Positions 54,444-64,000 of a DNA stretch of 64,000 nucleotides are shown one piece after another. The number at the start of each line of letters is the position of its first letter. The first letter of the stretch is position 1. Source of the stretch: Eledone cirrhosa (Eukaryota); NCBI GenBank assembly GCA_964016885.1, contig OZ024741.1:307024001-307088000 (forward strand), in the 5' to 3' direction. The position numbers and the translations under genes were made by a program. The notes beneath the pieces are model-generated. The model saw nothing but the letters and a program-made list of their open reading frames with translations. It was not told the origin of the DNA and ran no database searches.

Positions 54444-54577
54444 ACAGCTGAGTAAACTGGAGCAATGTGAAATAAAGTGTCTTGCTCAAGGAAACAACAC
54501 ATCACTCGGTCTGAGAATTGAACTCACAACCTTTCGATTGCAAGGCCAATGCTCTACCCACTAAGCCATGTGCCTCC
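54444..54577 (-). mobile_element. SINE family A head, left arm of an inverted duplication
   Basis: Mirror of 54855-54990, including the shared AGTGGGTAGAG variant. Confidence 0.8.
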
Positions 54578-54594
54578 ATACATACATACATACA

Positions 54595-54700
<106 letters not shown>

Positions 54701-54854
54701 GCGGCGATGAATTAGTTTTGCGAGGTTTTTTTATATGAAATCGGGTGTCGAAACAGATATTGTTATACTTGGGGATTAATTCTGGCAATATTACGCAAAT
54801 ATGACCCTCCCCAAGTATAACAATATATATATACATATATATATATATATGTAT

Positions 54855-54990
54855 GGAGGCACATGGCTTAGTGGGTAGAGCATTGGCCTTGCAATCGAAA
54901 GGTTGTGAGTTCAATTCTCAGACCGGGTGATGTGTTGTTTCCTTGAGCAAGACACTTTATTTCACATTGCTCCAGTTTACTCAGCTGTAT
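54855..54990 (+). mobile_element. SINE family A head, right arm of an inverted duplication
   Basis: tRNA head and CORE-like part only. Confidence 0.8.
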
Positions 54991-55296
54991 TTTCTATGCC
55001 ATCTTTATTTCGTCTTTGAACTTTGATAAACTATATATATATGTGTTTGTGTCTATATTGTATCTGTATTTTTCACCGTTGGTCAGTCAATGGCAACATT
55101 GAGGACCGAATAAATTAGATTACCGATATAAAAGACACAGAAGTGAAAAGCGAAAACCAACCAAACAGTGAGTGTGTTCTGTTATTAATTCTGGCAATAT
55201 TACACAAATATGACCCTCCCCAAGTACAACAATATTTGTTTCGACACACGATTTCATATCAAAAACCACGCAAAACTAATTCATCGCCGTTATATA

Positions 55297-55358
<62 letters not shown>

Positions 55359-55497
55359 CATGTATATATACATATATATACATGTATATATATATATATA
55401 TATATACATGTATATATACATATATATATATACATGTATATATATATATATATATATACATGTATATATATATATATACATGTATATATATATATAT

Positions 55498-55541
<44 letters not shown>

Positions 55542-55582
55542 GTATATATATATATACATTTATATATATACATATATATATA

Positions 55583-58500
55583 ACTGGAAAAAAACATTCG
55601 AGCTATCACCCAGCACCACCCTTCACTATCACCCCACTGCACAAACTCCCATTGCTGCCATTAACAAACAAATAAATTAACAACACACCAAAACAATTAA
55701 AACCATCCACTCTCGCCTCAACATTTTTGCTTAACGCCCAAGGCTTCAGCCCTTCCACCAATACTAAAAAATGGAAGATCAAATTCCTGGAGGACTGGGT
55801 TGATGTCCATCCAAACCACATCCCTTTCTTCGTCCTCACTGAAACCCATCTCAGTAACCTCCACTTGGAAACCGAGGTGAAAGTGAAAAATTGCAAAGCC
55901 ATCCGTACTGATCGCGCTGGCAGAAGAAAGGGTGGGACTGCCATTTATGTCCATAATTCTTTCTCAACAGAGGCTATGAACATATTTTCTAATGGATACT
56001 GCGAAGCAGTCACTGTATTCAGTCAAACCAACAACCTAATAGTAGTTGGGTTCTATAGGCCACCCCAAACGCTTCTACCAAGCGTCAAGGAATGCCTCAA
56101 CAGCATAAAGTGTTTCATCCAAGAGTGTCACCCTGACAACATCTTAATGATGGGGGACTTCAACCTCCCCGGAGTTGACTGGTTCACAAACAGCCTGCCA
56201 CCAGGTTCTTCTGCCTCAACCTCTGACAGGGAAGCAGTGGAATCGCTTCTTGGCTTCATGGATGATTTCTTCCTGTCCCAACTGGTGCTCGAACCAACGA
56301 GGTGCCACAAAAACGTCCTAGACTTAATTTTCAGCAATCACACTGACACTATCCACAATATTGCAGTGGAGAAAACTCTACTCTCTGATCATGACATGGT
56401 TCTCTGTGATCTGAGAATCCACCGTCCAATATACACACCCAATGTCATCTCTCCTGTCCATCCGTTTGACGCTATGGATTTCCACAATGCAAACTGGGAA
56501 GCGATCAGTCATGATCTTGCACATGTCGACTGGTCCTTCACGCACACTCACACACCCACTAACATCAAAAAGCCCTGGCAGACATATGTAGACACTGTTA
56601 CAAACATATGTGCAAAACACACCCCATTAAGAACTATAAACAAATCTAAGAGCAGAATCCCTAGAAATAGAAAAGCGCTCATCAGGAAAATTAAGAGAAC
56701 TAACAAAAACATCAACAAGCTGAAATACTGTCAGCAGTAACACATCAACTTGACTGCCATTTCATCACTAGAGATTAAAAAACATAACCTCCAAAACAAT
56801 ATGATGTCCCTCATCAACAATCAGAGAAGAGCTGAAGAGGCCTGGGCCATTGAGAAGATCAAACTCAATCCCAAAGTGTTCTTTTCATTTGCAAAAAAAC
56901 ACATATCACTGGCTCTACTGTTGGCCCTCTAATTGATGAAAATGGCACTCTTCAAGATAATGCTAAAACCATGGGTGAGATACTGCAGAAACAATACTGC
57001 TCTGTTTTCAGCAATCCTGATATGGACGATCTGGGCTGTATCGGCGATGTTACTCCCCATTACACCTTATCGGACATAATGTTTGGCGCCCGTGACGTCT
57101 TAGCGGCAATAAAGGAAATCAAGCATAATTCAGCAGTAGGTCCCGATAGGTTCCCTGCTTGTGTCTTGAAGGCGTGTCAAAACCAACTTGCATTTCCTCT
57201 TGCCAATCTGTGGCGGAACTCACTGGATGCTGGATATGTGCCAGAAAACCTTCTATCCCAGTCTGTTGTCCCAGTTTTCAAAAAAGGAAATAAATCCCTT
57301 GCCGTGAATTACCGTCCAATCTCACTCACCTCTCATATCATTAAGGTATTTGAGAGAGTGGTGAGATCGCGAATGACTCACTTCCTTGAGAGTAACAATA
57401 TGCTGAACTCCAACCAGCATGGATTCCGTAATAGAAGGGATTGCCTGACGCAGCTACTGCATCACTTTGATGACATTTTGAGAGCCTTGGGAGAGGGTTC
57501 CAACACTGATGTTATCTACCTTGATTTCAGCAAGGCTTTTGACAGGGTTGATCACAACATTCTACTGAGAAAGCTATCCAAAATTGGTGTCACTGGAAAG
57601 CTGCTGCAGTGGATCAAGTGCTTCCTGTCAAACAGAACCCAACATGTTGTAGTCGAAGGAGTCAAATCCAGCCCAGCCAAAGTCAGTAGTGGGGTCCCAC
57701 AAGACACTGTGTTGGGCCCACTTCTCTTCATCATCGATATTAATGACATCACTGACATCATCAAACACAGCAACATTAGAATCTTCGCTGATGATTCCAA
57801 GCTCCAAAAGGTCATCAATGGCGTGGATGACCAGATAAGCCTTCAGTCAGACCTACTGGCTGTTACCTAATGGGCAGAAAAGAACAACATGTTACTGAAC
57901 GAAGACAAATTCGAACTGATCCACTTTGGAAAAGAGGATGCTCTGAAACTCCCATACTCCCTTCCCTCCGGTGAAACTCTCGTGGCATGTAACAACATCA
58001 GAGACTTGGGAATAACCGTGGACAGCAACATAAGCTGGGCCATGCATATAAGCAGCAAAGTTGACATGGCCCGCAGAATGTGTTCCTGGATCCTCAGAAC
58101 CTTCCAGTCGAGAGATTCCCACACCATTATCCTTCTCTTCTCCACTTTTGCTCGACCACACCTTGAATCTGTTGTCCACTGTGGTCTCCCCACGAAACAA
58201 AGTATCATGAAACTTGAAGCTCCACAAAGGGCAATCACGAAAAAGATACATGGCATGTCAGACCTTGACTACTGGGGTCGACTAGAAAAGCTGAAACTTG
58301 ACTCACTCCAACGTCGCCGTGAGCGTTATATTATCTGCATGATGTGGAAAATGTTTCATCAGCACTGCCCAAATGATGTTGGCATCACCTTCAAAATACA
58401 CCCAAGGCTTGGGCCCCGTGCTATCCGTCCCAAACAAAAATCTAATTCGCAACTCATAACAACAATACAGCACAATTATTTCACCTCAATTGGTCCTGCT

Positions 58501-58760
58501 CTCTTCAACATCACACCAGGACACGTCAAAACAGAAACTGACCACACAAAATTCAAGAAGTCATTGGACAAACTCCTCCAAGTAATCCCGGACAAACCAC
58601 TCACACCCGGATGTCTCCGCAAACAGTAATTCTCTTCTCAAATGGGCAATGGTGCCCAAATCCTGAATTGAAAGACTTCGCCAGGTGGTGCTATTAAGTT
58701 AGACATAGCCTGGGCCAATACTGGCCAAAACATTTCAAAGTTATTCAAAGTTGAAAGTTA
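55583..58760 (+). mobile_element. CR1/Jockey-group LINE ORF2 (APE + RT), near complete, with stops and frameshifts
   Basis: LLNAQG, LTETHL, GGTAIYV, MGDFNLP, PTR...LDLIF, SDH, NYRPISLT, YLDFSKAFD, SGVPQ, FADDSK, LQRRRER; short tail repeat TTCAAAGTT. Confidence 0.92.
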
Positions 58761-58785
58761 CATATATATATATATATATATATAG

Positions 58786-58864
<79 letters not shown>

Positions 58865-59085
58865 CATATATATATACATATATGTGTATATATATACATA
58901 TATATATATCTACATATATATGTGTATATATATACATATATATGCGTATATATATACATATATATGTGAATATATATCCATATATATGTGTATATATATA
59001 TATGTATACATATATATATGTACACATATATATACATATATATTTATAAATATATACATATATATTTATACATATATATATATTA

Positions 59086-59126
<41 letters not shown>

Positions 59127-59141
59127 TTTTAATATAGATGA

Positions 59142-59190
59142 GATTCTACAGGACTAGAACTGTTTCATTCTTTAGAAATCATCAGGAATC
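59142..59190 (-). ncRNA. Type I hammerhead ribozyme
   Basis: Minus strand GATTC-CTGATGA-TTTC TAAA GAAT-GAAA-CAG TTCTAGTC CTGT-A-GAATC. Confidence 0.75.
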
Positions 59191-59218
59191 ACTGAGGAAC
59201 TGGAATCATATGAATATA

Positions 59219-59252
<34 letters not shown>

Positions 59253-59253
59253 C

Positions 59254-59298
<45 letters not shown>

Positions 59299-59337
59299 CA
59301 TATATACATATATATATATATACATATATATACATAT

Positions 59338-59372
<35 letters not shown>

Positions 59373-59416
59373 CATATATACATATATATATATATATACA
59401 TATATATACATATATC

Positions 59417-59556
59417 AGTCCAGAATTAGCCGTCGAAACGGCTTGAGCTCAGCCGTCGGGGTCCTACTCGTTCCTATTACCCACTCTACTACCCTAAGTA
59501 TTGAGTACTTTGGTGCATTATGGTCCACCTGGTTCCTTACCACTTTTCCTCTGTTA
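59417..59556 (+). repeat. Penelope pseudo-LTR 3' fragment
   Basis: Colinear with 20751-20890. Confidence 0.8.
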
Positions 59557-59587
59557 TATATATACATATATATATACATTTATATAC

Positions 59588-59622
<35 letters not shown>

Positions 59623-59797
59623 CACATATATATATATACATATATATATACATATATATATACATATATATACATATATATATATACATATATATATATA
59701 CACATATATATATATACATATATATATATATACATATATATACATATATATATATACATATATATACATATATATACATATACATATATATACATAG

Positions 59798-59828
<31 letters not shown>

Positions 59829-59905
59829 CATATATATACATATATATACATATAAAATAAAATAAAATAAATAAGTCAAATGTTTAAAATTTAACTTCGT
59901 TTATT

Positions 59906-59960
59906 ACTGCTATATATATTTCGGTGACAGCCATCTTTGGCTGTGACCTCTTCAGGCAGT
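59906..59960 (-). ncRNA. Minimal type I hammerhead ribozyme
   Basis: Minus strand ACTGC-CTGAAGA-GGTCACAGCCA AAGA TGGCTGTCACC-GAAA-TATATAT-A-GCAGT, immediately followed by AATAAA. Confidence 0.82.
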
Positions 59961-60749
59961 CCGAATTAGTGTGGTATAGACAAGTACATATGTTGTTGAG
60001 GTGTATAACCTTGTCACTACTCTGATATGCCCAGTTCCTGGTTGGGTTGTTATTTCACTGAGGAACTGGAATCATAAGAATTCAAACAAACGAATTTCAG
60101 TGTCAAAGGGCCTCTTCTCCTCTCATTGGTCAGTTGTTAGAACATTCCGCATTCAAAAGTCTATAGAAATTCGTTCTGAGGCAAGCCAAAGCCAATCTGT
60201 AGTTGTTGTTCTTGTTATTGTTAGGTACATCTGACCTCAATTCTTGTGTTGTAGTGTTGATATTGTTGGAGTTAGCTTAAAAAAATTGATAAAGTGGTAG
60301 AAGTAACATTGCTGACAATTTAGAAGTACCTGTGTGTGTTTTTTTTCATCCCTACTGCCACCATCTCCTGTGGTTGTGGTGGTGGGGAGGGGGGGGTTCT
60401 TCCATGTATATGAAGAAATATAAGGCAATAAAATGAAGAAAACAGAAAATAAATAATAAATAGAGAATAAAGAATAAATGAAAAATTAATGAAAAAGTAA
60501 TGAAAATGAATATGGAGAAGTGAAAAATAAAATGAAGATTGAAATAAAGTAAGATAAAGTGTGTGTGTGCTATAAACCAATCTCAAGGTCAGAAATATGT
60601 TGGACAGATTGGTATGAGGAACAAGATGGTAAAAGAATAAAAGAATAAGATAATCAAATAAAATGTGTTTGTGTTATAACCAATCTCAACTTAAAAATAA
60701 ATATAAGGTGATAAAGTGAAGAAGAGAACAGAAAACAAATAAAAAATTA

Positions 60750-60923
60750 ATTGTTTCTACATTAGGCAGAAGGCCAGCAATTATCCAGTACATTACTGGT
60801 ACTTTATTTTATCGACCCCGTAAGGATGAAAGGCAAAGTCAACCTCGGCGGGATTTGAACTCAGATCGTAAAAGGATGTAACTGGCGTCCGACCCTCTAC
60901 CAATACGGCCAATCCACCGCCCA
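60750..60923 (-). mobile_element. tRNA-derived SINE family B
   Basis: A box TGGCCGTATTGG, B box GAGTTCAAATCC, same body as 15089 and 20986. Confidence 0.82.
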
Positions 60924-61165
60924 AATTATAAATTAATAAAGAGAAATCAAGATTGAGAAATTCATTTTATTTTTCACTTCTCCATGTTCATTTTCATTAC
61001 TTTTTCATTAATTTTTCATTTCTATAGACTTCAGACTGAGGAATGCTCTCAAAACTGACCAATGGGAAGTTTGACTTTTTTTGTTATTTTGTTCCTTTAC
61101 CATCTTATTCCTTCTACCACTTTATCAATTTTTTTGAGCTAACTCCAACAATAACAACACTACCA

Positions 61166-61294
<129 letters not shown>

Positions 61295-61300
61295 CATATG

Positions 61301-62369
61301 GTGGTGGCTGCCAACTCGTTTTCAAGTACGGCCATTACATTATATCCATGTAGGAGAACTCCTACCGATGCACTGAACGAGTGTGACTTTTTAGTCCAGC
61401 CAACGACTTGAAAACTCAGGTACAAACACTACACTTGTGACAATTATTGACAGATAGTGCTGGGCCCATGGTACCATGTGACGACAAGTGCAGAGAGATC
61501 TCCAGATATAAAGAAATGCCTGTGCCGTGAAGCTTTTATAGTGAGCAAAGGCACTGCACAAAGCCAGTCCCACTCTCTTAACCAAGATGATATTTACCAA
61601 AAAGAAGAACAAGTCAACATCATTGGATACCATCAGAGTTTTCCTTCTCCTAGAATTCTGCCTTGACAAAGGCTAAGGGGTCATCTCTCCCATATACATA
61701 CATATATACATACATACACATATGCATACATATATACATTCATACACATATGCATACATATATGGTGGCTGCCAACTCGTTTTCGAGTACGGCCATTACT
61801 TTATATCCATGTAGGAGAACCCCTACCGATGCGCTGAACGAGTGTGACTTTTTAGTCCAGCCAGCGACTTGAAAACTCTGGTACAAACACTACACTTGTG
61901 ACAATTATTGACACATAGTGCTGGGCCCATGGTACCATGTGACGACAAGTGCAGAGAGATCTCCAGATATAAAGCAATGCCTGTGCCGTGAAGCTTTTAT
62001 AGTGAGCAAAGGCACTGCACAAAGCCAGTCCCACTCTCTTAACCAAGATAATATTTACCAAAAAGAAGAACAAGTCAACATCATTGGATACCATCAGGGT
62101 TGCAGGTGTTATATCAGAGTTTTCCTTCTCCTAGAATTCTGCCTTGACAAAGGCTAAGGGGTCATTTCTCCCAGTGATTTTGGATGGCCATTGACTCTAA
62201 AGAGCTCCTTTGCCCTTTGACAGGTTTTGTTTTTAGTCCTGCAGGATGTCCAAAGTCACCCTCCTCGCCAAGAAACCTTGGTGGGGTTGCCAGTTTAGTC
62301 GCCAACGACCCGACCATGGGACAGGTTGTACTGGGATACATGTTACCAGTAGCACCAACTGGTGACCTG
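61301..62369 (-). mobile_element. Tandem pair of the ~600-bp RTE-derived repeat (61301-61691 partial, 61764-62369 full)
   Basis: Both copies are colinear with 29661-30260 and are separated by a CA/TA microsatellite. Confidence 0.78.
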
Positions 62370-63179
62370 ACACAATATATATATATACATATATACATAC
62401 ATACATATACTATATATATATATTTATATAAACATAAAAAAATATATTCTAAAAACTTTTTTCTCTTTTTTTTTTTTTTACTTATTTCATTTGTATCTCT
62501 TGGCAATTGTACTAGAATGATCTTCACTGCCTACCTTTATTTGATGCAAATATCCACCTCATTACAGGTAGGCAGATATCTTTGTTACTCCTGGACAAAT
62601 ATTTGGTGCAGATATCAAGGACTGAAGAACAGTATATATAGTGGAAATTAGATGTGTTTATATATATATATATATATATATATAATGTCGTTCTGAGGTA
62701 AAATCCGTTAAGTTACGATCCAGAATTATTTAAAAACAAAAAGAAATCTGTTTTGTTATACATGTTTCGGTCTATTTAGGTTCAGAGTTCCCAAACATAT
62801 ATAGTGGACATTTGGCCTGTATCAAGCCAAGGAGAAGATGTCGGGAAACAACAATAACAACAAAAAGTACCCGAAATAATACAATAGGTACCCAGTTCTG
62901 TATTCTCCATGAACCATGAAAATTTCCTTGTCAAGTACATATCACTTATTAAGTCTTTACAGCTCATTCATTAAGCAAGAGGCGTTGAAAACAGTGGGCT
63001 ATCTTTACAAACATTTGATTCAATCTCCAGACCTTTTTTTTTTATACCTGGCTCAATTTTTTTACTCAATGTCCTGCTGACCATTTTTTAAATATTCAGC
63101 TCAATGTCTTTTTATCCGGCTCAATTTAATTTTCTGCTCAACTAATATCGAGGCGTTTTTTTATTTGGCTAAAACTCAA

Positions 63180-63768
63180 TATATATACATACATACATAC
63201 ATATATACATACATACATACACACATACATACATACATACATATATACATACATATACACATACATACATACACACATACATACATACATATATACATAC
63301 ATACATACATACACACATACATACATATATACATACATACATATATACATACATACATACACACATACATACATATATATATACAAACATATACATATAC
63401 ATACATATACATATACATACATATACACATACATACATATACATATACATACATACACATATACATACATACATACATACACACATACATACATATACAT
63501 ATACATACATATACACATACATACATACACACATACATACATATATACATACATACATACATACACATATACATACATACATACATACATACCCATATAT
63601 ATAAACATACATACATATATACACACATATATATATAAACACACACACATATATATATAAACACACACACACATATATATAAACACACACACATATATAT
63701 ATATATATACATACATACATACATACATACAGACACACACATATATAAATACATACACACACACACAA
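63180..63768. repeat. (TACA)n/(CA)n compound microsatellite
   Basis: Direct inspection. Confidence 0.95.
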
Positions 63769-64000
63769 CTATATCAAATCATTTTGTTACAAGCTGCAGC
63801 ATGTCTCAATCTTTTGATATTGTCAAACACGTGCATCAGGCTATTTAGTTATTAAATATAAAATGAAGGTGAGAATTTTCAAATAATAAAATTAAGGCAA
63901 AGTTGTTTTTGAATGTTATAAATCTCAAATAAGAAGTTTAATTACATCTATAATGTTTAAATTTTGAAAATATTGGTTTAGAAGGGGGAAAAATATTAAA

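Noticed and set aside
62527-62575. 10-bp inverted repeat CTGCCTACCT/AGGTAGGCAG around an octamer
   Set aside because: It is short, occurs once in the window and has no further support.
62782-62967. Possible host exon
   Set aside because: No recognisable domain and no supportable splice structure.

Overview
This is AT-rich eukaryotic intergenic or heterochromatic DNA. The SINE, RTE and (TA)n content looks cephalopod/octopod-like (inference). I found no convincing host gene. The window is a mosaic of (TA)n/(TACA)n microsatellites and transposon remnants: two tail-to-tail Helitrons, several RTE-clade and CR1-group LINE fragments, several Penelope-like elements (RT + GIY-YIG), a DD37D maT transposase fragment and two tRNA-derived SINE families. 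The most striking feature is a 6.7-kb array of apparently identical 466-bp units at 35506-42164. It has about 9 units in one orientation joined head-to-head to about 5.4 inverted units. Every complete unit carries a minimal type I hammerhead ribozyme (14 in total) and an octamer motif. Older, diverged members of the same family lie near 22.0, 30.8-31.6 and 52.2-53.1 kb and keep ribozyme stem I paired. This reads as a recently amplified retrozyme-like family. About a dozen further hammerhead-like folds, some with non-canonical cores, occur in Penelope-type terminal repeats. All calls are by eye, so element boundaries are approximate.
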